Source of the DNA: Acidobacteriota bacterium
GTDB lineage: Bacteria; Acidobacteriota; UBA6911; RPQK01; JACQSY01
Direction of reading: 5' to 3'
Length of the DNA: 64,000 nt
NCBI GenBank assembly: GCA_016211085.1
Contig: JACQSY010000128.1
Coordinates: 1,863-65,862 of the forward strand
The translations under genes were made by a program, and so were the position numbers. This document shows positions 42,539 to 51,400 of this stretch, in pieces (position 1 is the stretch's first letter; each line of letters opens with the position of its first letter). Below the pieces are notes generated by a model that did no database searches, was not told where the DNA came from, and saw only the letters and a list, made by a program, of their open reading frames with translations.

Positions 42539-42673
42539 ATGAACACGAGTCTTGAGGATGAAGTGGTGCGGCTGCTGGTCGAAAAATTCCTGGCTGAAAA
42601 GCGTGCGCGGAACCTTAGCAGGAAGAAATCGAAGACGTATAATGTCTCCTCCAATAGGAGGCCCAGACCATGA
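42539..42673 (+). CDS. Possible small basic protein translationally coupled to the recombinase
   Basis: MNTSLEDEVVRLLVEKFLAEKRARNLSRKK... Its stop overlaps the recombinase ATG (ATGA at 42670-42673). The start is uncertain (the track gives 42428). Confidence 0.3.
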   Translation: MNTSLEDEVVRLLVEKFLAEKRARNLSRKKSKTYNVSSNRRPRP

Positions 42674-44565
42674 AACCTGCCATCGCTTTTGCGAGGAAGT
42701 CGAGCACGGATCGCCAACAACAGTCCATCGAGAGCCAGTTGCGCGATATCCGGGAGTACGCAAGAAAAAATCACTATGAAATCGTCCGCGTCATTGCCCT
42801 CGAGGAAACAGGATACTCCGCCGGGGAGTCGCGGCGGTTCAGGCGAGAGTTTGAGCAGTCCAAGGAGCTGCTATTCTCTCTTGCGGGACAGTACGGCAGC
42901 CTGGTTGCCATTTTTTGGTCCGTCGACCGCTTGGGGCGTATCGATCCTGACGAAGGCGCACACTTCATCTGGGAATGCAAACAACGCAGAATCCAAGTGA
43001 AGTTTGTCATTGACCCTGAAGCCAGCGAGGAAGGCATCACAGGCAATTTTTTTCGCACAATAAAGTTCGATTCAAGTCGGCAGTTCTCAGAGACGCTGGC
43101 GACATCAGTCAAGCGCGGCAAGACAAGGACCATGGAGAAGGGCGAGGAAAGACATATCTGCTTCTCCCCAGGCGGGCGCGACCCGTTTGGGTTCAGGCGC
43201 AGCCTGTGCGATGAGAATGGAAAATTCATAGACATCGGAGGAGACGAAGTTGCGGAGCCTGTCGTTCTCAAGAGAAAGTTCTGGAACGTAAATCCGCATC
43301 TCAAATCCCGTTACGTCGTGTTCCCACCAGAAGCAGACGTTGTGAAACGGGTTTTCGCGCTGGCATCAGAAGGGAAAGGGGCATTGCGCATTGCCGGCCT
43401 GCTCAATCGCGATCTCGATGAGGCTGAGAAACTAGAAAAGCAGAACACGCTCGAAGGCAACAGTGAGCTAAACGCTCCCAAAAAGCACCATCCATCCGTC
43501 GCTCCCCCTGTCGCCAAATGTTGGTCGAAGAGGTCGGTTCGGCATGTTCTCCAGAACAGGATGTACACTGGGCAATTCATGTTCAATAGGCGAACAGTGG
43601 GGAAAACTTTCAAGAACATGGACCCCAAGAAAGTGCCGGAGTACAAGGTCGTCACGGTTTACGACCCGTCTCTTGCCATAATTCCCAGGGACGTCTTTGA
43701 GCGGGTGCAGGCACTGGCCGCCTCGAAGAGGACTTCATCCGGGGCCTCCATCGCTGGCCGCCCGAGTTCCTATCCCTTTTCCAAGAAAATAATCTGCGCT
43801 GTTTGTGGTGGGTTTTACGTGGGCCGCCGCTATGCAAACGGTCCTGTTTACGTGTGTTCTGGCAAGCGCTATCTGGGGATATGCAATTCTAGAAATGATC
43901 TCGATGGCAACAGCCTGATGGAGGTTTTCACGACGCTCACAAACGATCTCCTGAAGCACATGAAAACTCCTGCAAGCCTGAAGCGAGTTGTGGACGGCAT
44001 CAACGCGGAACTTCAGACGGCAATGCCTGAACTGTCGATTCTTGATAAGCGGATTGTCGATCAAAGCCGGAAGCTTGAAAGGCTCTTTCAGGGCGAAATG
44101 ACGCCGGAATTGGAAAAATTGTTCGAGGCGGAAAAGGTGAGCTTGGTGGAGTTGGAAAAGCGGCGCGAGAGGCTTTTTCAGATGAATGCCCTAGCTGGTT
44201 CACGACATGTCGAGGTGGATGAAGTAGCGGCATTTCTTGATACGGTCGAGTTAGACGAAGGCGACACGTCGCGGCTTCTCGACCGGATGCTTCACTCCAT
44301 CACGGTAAAGGATTCCGAAGCCGTCATCAATCTGTATGCGGCACCGTCGCGGGCGGTTATTGATGGCGTTGTTGCGCACGCAGAAATAGCCTCCGCTGTC
44401 TCGGTCGGAGAAGAGGTGAAATTGTCCGCAACATCAGGATGTTGTGACCACCCGCCGTTGCCACTTCCAAAGCGCGCTTGGCGCCGGCCTGGCCTTTTAC
44501 ATCCGCAAAATTTGGAAGCCCCTGAACCTGGCCTCTCAGCAACTCCTCGCGATCCACTTTTGTAG
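42670..44565 (+). CDS. Large serine recombinase (integrase)
   Basis: The resolvase-type N-terminus is AIAFARKSSTDRQQQSIESQLRDIREYA (catalytic Ser region). A recombinase domain and the zinc ribbon CAVCGG...VCSGK follow, then a coiled-coil region. The last ~45 codons (after about 44430) are antisense to comM. Confidence 0.85.
   Translation: MKPAIAFARKSSTDRQQQSIESQLRDIREYARKNHYEIVRVIALEETGYSAGESRRFRREFEQSKELLFSLAGQYGSLVAIFWSVDRLGRIDPDEGAHFIWECKQRRIQVKFVIDPEASEEGITGNFFRTIKFDSSRQFSETLATSVKRGKTRTMEKGEERHICFSPGGRDPFGFRRSLCDENGKFIDIGGDEVAEPVVLKRKFWNVNPHLKSRYVVFPPEADVVKRVFALASEGKGALRIAGLLNRDLDEAEKLEKQNTLEGNSELNAPKKHHPSVAPPVAKCWSKRSVRHVLQNRMYTGQFMFNRRTVGKTFKNMDPKKVPEYKVVTVYDPSLAIIPRDVFERVQALAASKRTSSGASIAGRPSSYPFSKKIICAVCGGFYVGRRYANGPVYVCSGKRYLGICNSRNDLDGNSLMEVFTTLTNDLLKHMKTPASLKRVVDGINAELQTAMPELSILDKRIVDQSRKLERLFQGEMTPELEKLFEAEKVSLVELEKRRERLFQMNALAGSRHVEVDEVAAFLDTVELDEGDTSRLLDRMLHSITVKDSEAVINLYAAPSRAVIDGVVAHAEIASAVSVGEEVKLSATSGCCDHPPLPLPKRAWRRPGLLHPQNLEAPEPGLSATPRDPLL
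44429..44444. repeat. Perfect inverted repeat CAACATC-AG-GATGTTG at the island/comM junction (candidate attR core)
   Basis: Read directly. It coincides with the last comM-like codons (NILML). Confidence 0.5.
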
Positions 44566-45097
44566 GCGTGTACTGCTCACATCCCCCGTTCAGCAGCTGA
44601 AGCACCTGGGGCAGCGTGACCGCCGGGTAAACATCGACGCCATCCACCACCGCTGCTTCCAGGGCATTGTCGGAAGGAAGCAGCAGGCGCCGGAAATTTT
44701 TTTTCTCCGCATTTAAAGCCACCGGCAGGGCGCCTCGAATCGGCCTTACACGCCCGTCGAGCGAAAGCTCTCCCAAAACCAGCCAATCCCGAACTGCCTG
44801 AGGCTGCAAATCTCCGCCCAGGCCAAGGATTGCCAGCGCAATCGGCAAGTCGTAACAACTCCCCTCCTTTTTTAGGTCGGCAGGCGCCAGGTTAACGGTC
44901 AAATGACACGTTTCCGGAAATTGATAGCCGCAATTGCGAATCGCTGCCCGCACCCGTTCTCCACTTTCTTTTATTGCCGGGTCGGGCAGCCCGACGACGT
45001 TATATTTGGGTCCGTGGCGGATCGAAATATCTACCTCGATATCAATGATTTGGGCCTGAATGCCCAGTACTGACGCACTGTGTATTTTCAGTAGCAA
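44429..45097 (-). pseudogene. comM: comM (YifB/Mg-chelatase-like competence protein), N-terminal ~223 codons, truncated by the island
   Basis: The Lon-protease-like N-domain is MLLKIHSASVLGIQAQIIDIEVDI...YDLPIALAIL. The ORF then reads ...VKGQAGAKRALEVATAGGHNILML, where the Walker A GPPGxGKT should follow. Instead it continues 23 unrelated codons into island DNA. Confidence 0.8.
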
Positions 45098-45287
45098 GTT
45101 ACCTCCCTGTGGAAGTACGGCGACAAAAGTTGGAAACGAATTCGAGACTTGGCGCGTACCTTTATCGATTCAGCCGCTTCGTCGTCTTTGCCTTCCCATA
45201 ACGACCAAGCAAGCAAAAGCGTGAACCGATGGAAAACGGGCTCAGGGCAGAGACAGGCGGCTAAAAGGACGAAGAGATTGATGTAAT

Positions 45288-46394
45288 ATGAAGGGCGTGA
45301 ATGACTCCCGCTTTCTGAGAGCGTGCCGGCGAGAACCCGTCGACTGTACGCCGGTCTGGTTTATGCGCCAGGCAGGTCGTTACATGGAGGAGTATCGTCG
45401 CGTTCGCGAACGGTATTCACTTCTCGAGATTTGCCGAACCCCTGAATTGGCTGCCAGGGTGACGCTTCAGCCGATTCGGAGGCTCGACCTGGATGCCGCG
45501 ATCATCTTTGCAGACATCCTGCTCCCTCTGCAAAGCATGGGAATTGATTTTGATTTTTCCAAGGGGGAAGGACCCGTCATTCACAACACGCTGCGCACGC
45601 CTAACGATATCCGGAATCTCGAGGTGCCGCACCCTGAAGAGGGCCCGGTAAGTGTTTTTGAGGCCATCCGGCTGGTTCGGCGAGAACTGGATTCCAAGAT
45701 TCCGTTGATCGGATTTGCGGGAGCTCCTTTTACGGTGGCCAGCTATTTAATCGAGGGCGGCTATTCGCGCCGCTTCGTTAATACCAAAATGATCATGTAC
45801 TACCATCCTGAATCGTGGCACGATCTCATGAAGAAACTCACGACGATGACGATTCAGTACCTTCAAGGTCAGGTAAAGGCTGGCGCCCAGGCGGTCCAGT
45901 TGTTCGACAGCTGGATTGGATGCCTTTGTCCGGCCGACTATACAAGTTTCGTACTTCCTTACTCCAAGAGCATTTTCGAGCGGCTGCGGCCGCTTGGCAT
46001 CCCTACAATCCATTTCGGCACCGGCACCGCAGCCTTGCTGGAATTAATGAGACGGGCGGGCAGCGATATAGTTGGAGTAGATTGGCGTATTGGATTGAAA
46101 GAGGCGTGGAGACGGCTGGGGGGCAAAGTCGGAATTCAAGGAAATCTTGATCCGGTCGCAATGCTCGGACCACGCGACAAACTCAAAGAAAAGGTCGAGC
46201 AAGTCCTGGAGCAGGCTGAAGGGAAAGTGGGTCACATTTTCAATCTTGGCCATGGAATTCTTCCTGAGACTCCGGTCGAAAATGTGGAAGCGGTGATTGA
46301 GTGGGTCAAGCAGAAAAGCAAGAGGACGCATTCCGTCAAAAGCAGGGCCGCCAAGGCCGTCTCAGCGGTTGGAGCCAGAAGGAAGAAAAGATAA
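45288..46394 (+). CDS. hemE: Uroporphyrinogen decarboxylase
   Basis: FLRACRREPVDCTPVWFMRQAGRYMEEYR and the rest of the protein are typical of HemE. Confidence 0.9.
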   Translation: MKGVNDSRFLRACRREPVDCTPVWFMRQAGRYMEEYRRVRERYSLLEICRTPELAARVTLQPIRRLDLDAAIIFADILLPLQSMGIDFDFSKGEGPVIHNTLRTPNDIRNLEVPHPEEGPVSVFEAIRLVRRELDSKIPLIGFAGAPFTVASYLIEGGYSRRFVNTKMIMYYHPESWHDLMKKLTTMTIQYLQGQVKAGAQAVQLFDSWIGCLCPADYTSFVLPYSKSIFERLRPLGIPTIHFGTGTAALLELMRRAGSDIVGVDWRIGLKEAWRRLGGKVGIQGNLDPVAMLGPRDKLKEKVEQVLEQAEGKVGHIFNLGHGILPETPVENVEAVIEWVKQKSKRTHSVKSRAAKAVSAVGARRKKR

Positions 46395-46405
46395 GCTGGC
46401 GGAGC

Positions 46406-47353
46406 GTGAAAAAAGAAAAGATAGCCGTGTTGCTGATGGCTTACGGCGGCCCTGGTTCACTGGACGAGGTCGAGCCGTACGTCCTGGATGTACGCGGTGG
46501 AAAAACATTGCCTGCCGCCGCCCTCACTGAGATCAAGAATCGCTACTCGAGCATTGGCGGAAAGTCTCCGCTTCTAGAAATCACCAGCGCACAGGCGCGA
46601 AGTCTTCAACGAGAATTGCTCAGACGGGGCCTGCCGAATCGCACTTTTGTGGGGATGCGCCACTGGCACCCGCGAATCACTGAAGCAGTGGCTGAGATGA
46701 GAAAAGAAAAATTCAAGAAAGTCGTAGCCCTTTGTCTGACGCCGCAGTACTCCGCGCTCAGCGTGGGAGCTTATTTTGAACAATACCGGGTTGCCTTAAA
46801 AGAACATTCTGCACAGTGGGAGACTATTTACGTGAACAGCTGGCACACACAACCTCAGCTGGTAGAGGCTTACGCCTCAAAGCTCAAAACTGCTTTAAAC
46901 ACGTTTCCGGCGGATGCGCGATCTCAGGTGATGGTGGTTTTCACGGCCCATAGTCTTCCTGAGAAAATCCTTCAGTTAAATGATCCCTATGACATCCAAG
47001 TCAAGACAACATCAGCAGAGGTTGCTCGCAAGCTGGCGCTCCCCTGCTGGGTGTTTGCTTATCAGAGCCAAGGTTACGGGAACGGAAAATGGCTGGGTCC
47101 TTCAGTGGAAGAGATCCTGCAAGCACTCGCAAAAGGCGGGACCCGGAATGTGGTTATAGCACCGGTTGGATTTGTTTCCGACCACGTCGAGATTTTGTAC
47201 GATGTGGATATTGCTTTCAAACGGCTGGCCGCCTCACTGGGTATCAGGCTGGAGAGACCCGGTTCGCTGAATACAACACCTTTATTCATCCGCTCCATGG
47301 CGACAACCATCAAGGAACACTTAGAAGAATCCTCCGTGTGTCTCGGGGCGTAA
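46406..47353 (+). CDS. hemH: Ferrochelatase
   Basis: VKKEKIAVLLMAYGGPGSLDEVEPYV..., FTAHSLPE and QSQG motifs. I prefer the GTG at 46406 over the track start 46301, which overlaps hemE. Confidence 0.85.
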   Translation: MKKEKIAVLLMAYGGPGSLDEVEPYVLDVRGGKTLPAAALTEIKNRYSSIGGKSPLLEITSAQARSLQRELLRRGLPNRTFVGMRHWHPRITEAVAEMRKEKFKKVVALCLTPQYSALSVGAYFEQYRVALKEHSAQWETIYVNSWHTQPQLVEAYASKLKTALNTFPADARSQVMVVFTAHSLPEKILQLNDPYDIQVKTTSAEVARKLALPCWVFAYQSQGYGNGKWLGPSVEEILQALAKGGTRNVVIAPVGFVSDHVEILYDVDIAFKRLAASLGIRLERPGSLNTTPLFIRSMATTIKEHLEESSVCLGA

Positions 47354-47594
47354 ATAAGCGTATATGTTTCTTGCGATCGCGACGGGGCTCAGAGTTGGGA
47401 CCACGAGTCGATGTTGTTTTATCAGCGAGCAGGAGCAACAAAAAGATGGCCGACGTCTCGCCGCAACCCTCCAGGCAGCGGGGCTCGCGGGCGATTTCTG
47501 CGTCGCTTGTCATCGGCGAGGTCCGCGCCTGAGACATCACAGCTTTGCCCCAGGCCAGGACGTTCACGTTCCCGGTTGTTATCCTAGTTGAGCA

Positions 47595-47936
47595 GTGGCC
47601 AAACTTCCCATTAAGAAAATTTATTTCTTAGCCGCCACCTTCGTAATGTTCGTGGGGGCTGTATTGTTTAAAAACCCATTCTGGTTTGCGCTTTCAATCA
47701 CGGGAATACTGGTGTTCCTGACTGCGTTGGCATTTCCTTCAAAGCCCTTGCTGATGGTTTTCGGCTGCTGGCTAGTCGGGGTGTTTACGTTTTTGCATTG
47801 GGTGGGAGATCAAACTGATGGAATTTTGGGATTGCCAGCTCCCGCTTTTGCCATGCTTGCAGGAATCTGGATTATTCCGATTTTAATCTGGCCTCTGGGT
47901 TTCCTTCTGGCCTTTCGACGTTGGTTCGACCAATGA
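47595..47936 (+). CDS. Small membrane protein coupled to the SSS transporter
   Basis: 113 aa with 3-4 TM helices. It overlaps the transporter start by 16 nt. Confidence 0.5.
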   Translation: MAKLPIKKIYFLAATFVMFVGAVLFKNPFWFALSITGILVFLTALAFPSKPLLMVFGCWLVGVFTFLHWVGDQTDGILGLPAPAFAMLAGIWIIPILIWPLGFLLAFRRWFDQ

Positions 47937-49372
47937 CCCTCATCGTCGCGTTGCTTTACCTGTTGGCGCTTGTGGGCATCGGATTGTGGAGTATCAGTCG
48001 CACCAGAAATGACAGGGACTTTTATCTGGCTGGCAGCCGTCTGGGTCTGCTTCCCGTTTCCGCCGCCACCATGTCATCCATTATGAGTGGTTTCGTGTTT
48101 GTTGGAGGGCCGGGACTGTTCTACAGCGTGGGTCTGAGTTCTTTTTGGATAACCATCTCAAGCTCTTTTACCGGAGCCATGATGTGCTGGCTGCTGGCGC
48201 GTCCGCTGCAACAGATGGCGGAACGCGAGGGATGTTTAACCATTCCCGACATTGTTTTTCAACGCTACCGATGCCGTTTTTCGAGCGCGATGGCTACCGT
48301 CGGCATCATGCTGGGTGTCGTTGGATATCTGGCCACACAGTTGGAGGCAGTAGGCTTTATTATCCAATCGCAATTCCCGGTTTCGCCCGGATGGGCTGCG
48401 CTAATTGCGATGGCCGTCCTAGTCTTCTACACCGTTGCAGGCGGAATGATAGCGTGCGTCTACACCGACATCCTTCAAGGCGCTTTAATTCTTTTTACCA
48501 GTCTGGCGGTGTTCTTTGTAGCTTTGAAAACAGGCGGGGGACTTTCGGCCATGAGTTACACGCTGGTAGAGTCCGATGCCGGATTGATGCATCCCTGGGG
48601 AACGGTGGGAGCGTTTGGCGCATTAAGCTGGTTTTTTGTTTTTTCAATCGGGTCTCTTGGACAGCCGCATGTGGTTCACAAGATGATGATGGTGCGTGAT
48701 CTCCGCGTGCTTCGCTATTTCCCGTTGATACTCGCCCTCGCGATGGTGCTTTGCGGCGCCGTCTGGCTGGGCGGAGGGCTGGCGATCAAATCCCTGGTCC
48801 TGCGCGGCGAAATTGCTCCGCTGAGGGCACCTGACTTTGCCATCACTGAATTTCTGAGATTCGCCGCGCCAGCGTGGCTTCAGGCCTTGGCTTACACGGG
48901 CGTGCTGGCGGCGATCATGTCTACTGTGGATAGTTTTGCCAACGTGGGAGCAGGTGCAATGGTGCGGGATTTCCCGAGAGCTCTGCGGAGGCCTTTGCCA
49001 AAGCGGTTGTTGTGGGGGCGTTTAGCTACCTTCAGTTTATTTTGTGCGGCATATTTGTTCGCCCGGTACTGGGGCGGGTTGGTGGCTTACTTGGGGATCT
49101 TTGGTTTCAGCACCTTCGCGGCGGCGCTCACGCCGACGCTAGCGCTTGGCTTGAACTGGCCCGAAGCCGGGCCTTGGGCAGCTCGTTTGAGCATTCTCAC
49201 CGGATTGATAGCGAACCTCCTTTTTGAGCTGCTTTCACGGGCGGGGCTTTATGACTTGGCAATTCTGCCTTCAGCCTGCGCGTTGGCTCTCTCCTTTATG
49301 GTCTTCATTGGTGCCGCGCTGTTGCTGGATTCACCGACGAAAATATCGGCCATCCCCATCTCTAGGGTCTGA
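47921..49372 (+). CDS. Sodium:solute symporter (SSS) family transporter
   Basis: 483 aa, polytopic, with an SSF-like N-terminus ...RDFYLAGSRLG... and GGM..V.YTD.LQG. Confidence 0.8.
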   Translation: MVRPMTLIVALLYLLALVGIGLWSISRTRNDRDFYLAGSRLGLLPVSAATMSSIMSGFVFVGGPGLFYSVGLSSFWITISSSFTGAMMCWLLARPLQQMAEREGCLTIPDIVFQRYRCRFSSAMATVGIMLGVVGYLATQLEAVGFIIQSQFPVSPGWAALIAMAVLVFYTVAGGMIACVYTDILQGALILFTSLAVFFVALKTGGGLSAMSYTLVESDAGLMHPWGTVGAFGALSWFFVFSIGSLGQPHVVHKMMMVRDLRVLRYFPLILALAMVLCGAVWLGGGLAIKSLVLRGEIAPLRAPDFAITEFLRFAAPAWLQALAYTGVLAAIMSTVDSFANVGAGAMVRDFPRALRRPLPKRLLWGRLATFSLFCAAYLFARYWGGLVAYLGIFGFSTFAAALTPTLALGLNWPEAGPWAARLSILTGLIANLLFELLSRAGLYDLAILPSACALALSFMVFIGAALLLDSPTKISAIPISRV

Positions 49373-49609
49373 AAGAACAGACACGCCAGAATCTTCGTAT
49401 CCCAGTTCGTTAATTGCGAGCGTGACGGCGGACAGAGCCAGGACGCGGCGATGTCATGTCCATCGCCGAGGTAGCAAGACCCACTCACAAACGTTACCGT
49501 ATTTATGCACTGATGCTAGGAGAGTGCTCACCGCGCCCGCACGGATTCTCTGCGGGCAGACGTGGTTTTCACGATCTTTTTCCTTCCTTCTGGTCGTGAC
49601 GGCTGTACA

Positions 49610-50110
49610 ATGCGATTGGTGTCTCAAGAACTTGGCGCTAGATTACCGGGGGATGTGCTGGCAGAGGTCAGCAAGGAAGTGCCGCGCTTTAACGCAGTTC
49701 CCCTTGTAACCCTCGATCGGGAAGGTTTCTCTCACGTGGCTCTTCTTTCCTATTTTGAGCTTTTTCTGCACGGTGATTCGCTCCATTTTTTTCTCAACTG
49801 CTTCAGCCGTTCCACCAAATTTTTGAAGGAGCGTCCTCGATGCACCTTAATGTTTGTCCACAGTGATTTTGTGTATTACATCAAGGGGCATGTTAGATGG
49901 GTGGGTGACTTTGAATCCCAGTCGGTATTCCAGTTTGCTGTGGAGTCGGTCTGGGAGGACTTCCCCAGCCGTGAGGAGGGCGAGGTATTCCTTAAGACGG
50001 GCATACGTATCGGCGGCGGTGAGGAAGAGACATTACGGCGCAGGCATTTTCGCGAGAAGATCGCTTCGCAAGTTGAAGTGCGGGCGCGCGAAGGCCGGGT
50101 GAAGATATGA
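49610..50110 (+). CDS. Hypothetical protein (possibly a PNPOx-like split-barrel)
   Basis: 166 aa from the ATG at 49610. The resemblance is weak. Confidence 0.4.
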   Translation: MRLVSQELGARLPGDVLAEVSKEVPRFNAVPLVTLDREGFSHVALLSYFELFLHGDSLHFFLNCFSRSTKFLKERPRCTLMFVHSDFVYYIKGHVRWVGDFESQSVFQFAVESVWEDFPSREEGEVFLKTGIRIGGGEEETLRRRHFREKIASQVEVRAREGRVKI

Positions 50111-50568
50111 AACGCACCAAAACAGTATCTTTGATTCTCAAGGATCGCATCTTTCTTTCACTGGAAGGAGCGCGGCTTATGGTGGAGGCGGCAGAACAGA
50201 AGGCCCGTGAAATCGGCGTGGACATGGACATTGCCGTTTGCGACTCCGGAGGCAATCTGCTTTGTTTTCATCGCATGGACGGGGCCAAAGTCACCAGCAT
50301 CGATATCGCTATTAACAAAGCTTTTACTTCCGCAGCTACCCGCCTTCCTACTTCCAAATACGCCAAGGTCGCTGGGCCCGGGGGGCAGGCTTTTGGCATC
50401 CATGTCAGCAATCAGGGTCGCTTCATGATTTTTGGCGGAGGGCTGCCCATTGTCGTCGACAATCAAGCCATCGGCGGAATTGGATGCAGCAGCGGCAGTG
50501 TCGATCAAGACACCGAAGTGGCCCAGGCGGGCATCGATGCCTTGTTGAAAGCCCTGAAAGGATCCTAA
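50107..50568 (+). CDS. GlcG/HbpS-like (DUF336) heme-binding family protein
   Basis: LSLEGARLMVEAAEQKAREIGVDMDIAVCDSGGNLL...GGLPI...IGGIGCSSGSVDQDTEVA. Confidence 0.75.
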   Translation: MKRTKTVSLILKDRIFLSLEGARLMVEAAEQKAREIGVDMDIAVCDSGGNLLCFHRMDGAKVTSIDIAINKAFTSAATRLPTSKYAKVAGPGGQAFGIHVSNQGRFMIFGGGLPIVVDNQAIGGIGCSSGSVDQDTEVAQAGIDALLKALKGS

Positions 50569-50779
50569 GCACCCCACTCTGGCCGCCGTCGCGCACGCAA
50601 CAGAAGTTACCGTATTGTGGATATGAATGGGGGTACTGAATCAAAAAGTTTGAATCGAATTTCCGCTTTCCTCGTCTGTAAGGAGCGACCCCACTACCCC
50701 GGGGGTGGGGTCCCACAGGCGAGGAGAATGACACATTTATGGTATTATCTGACTTTTTTGTTGATGGAGGTCGATTATC

Positions 50780-51400
50780 TTGTCGGTCTGGCTCGGCTAC
50801 GGTCGCATCGCTCTAACTTATCTACATAGTTTTGCATTAAACCTGGGAGGGCCAGGTCTCTTTTTTCTGGCGGTCGCCGACTCGTCTTTTCTTTCTCTGC
50901 CCGAGGCCAATGATTTATTGATTGTACTGCTTTCGAAAGGTGAAAGCTGGGGCAGCATGATTTATTTTGTTGCCATGACGGTGCTGGGCTCCGCACTGGG
51001 ATGCACGCTCCTTTATAGCGTGGGGAGAAGTGGCGGTAGCTTCATAGGGCGGCGCCTGGGGGCGGCTAAGATTGACCGTGCCGGGCAGCTTTTCCAGCGC
51101 TGGGGAGTGTGGGCCATCATTATTCCCTGTTTGCTACCTCCTCCCACTCCTTTCAAGATTTTCGTTTTTACTGCCGGATTGACCGGGGTGTCCTTTAAGA
51201 AGTTTATTGCCGCCGTTCTTTTGGGACGCAGCGTTCGTTATTTAACCTGGGGAATCCTGGCGGTCATCTATGGAGAAGCTGCCCGGGTTTTTTTGCAGGA
51301 GAAGTTTAAAGCCAACGGCTTGCTGGTCATTCTCCTTCTCGCCCTTCTCATTGCAGTTCTGTTTAAAATGAAGAGGTCACTCCCACAGGAAGCCGCATGA
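50780..51400 (+). CDS. YqaA/DedA-like (SNARE-associated) membrane protein
   Basis: GGPGLFFLAVADSSFLSLPEAND... and WGVWAIIIPCLLPPPTPFKIFVFTAG. Confidence 0.6.
   Translation: MSVWLGYGRIALTYLHSFALNLGGPGLFFLAVADSSFLSLPEANDLLIVLLSKGESWGSMIYFVAMTVLGSALGCTLLYSVGRSGGSFIGRRLGAAKIDRAGQLFQRWGVWAIIIPCLLPPPTPFKIFVFTAGLTGVSFKKFIAAVLLGRSVRYLTWGILAVIYGEAARVFLQEKFKANGLLVILLLALLIAVLFKMKRSLPQEAA

Larger units (their letters stand above)
1..44436. mobile_element. Integrated genomic island (left boundary outside the window) inserted into comM; serine recombinase at the right end
   Basis: The minus-strand comM-like ORF loses family similarity right after ...GGHNILML (about 44429). The recombinase gene 42670- abuts that point. 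Genes to the left are accessory (R-M-like, Orc1/Cdc6-like, small-ORF arrays). Genes to the right are housekeeping. Confidence 0.75.

Noticed and set aside
46301-46405. A 105-nt 5' extension of hemH that overlaps hemE.
   Set aside because: The ferrochelatase family N-terminus (KIAVLLMAYGGP) begins just after the GTG at 46406. The extension is Arg/Lys-rich read-through of the hemE 3' end.
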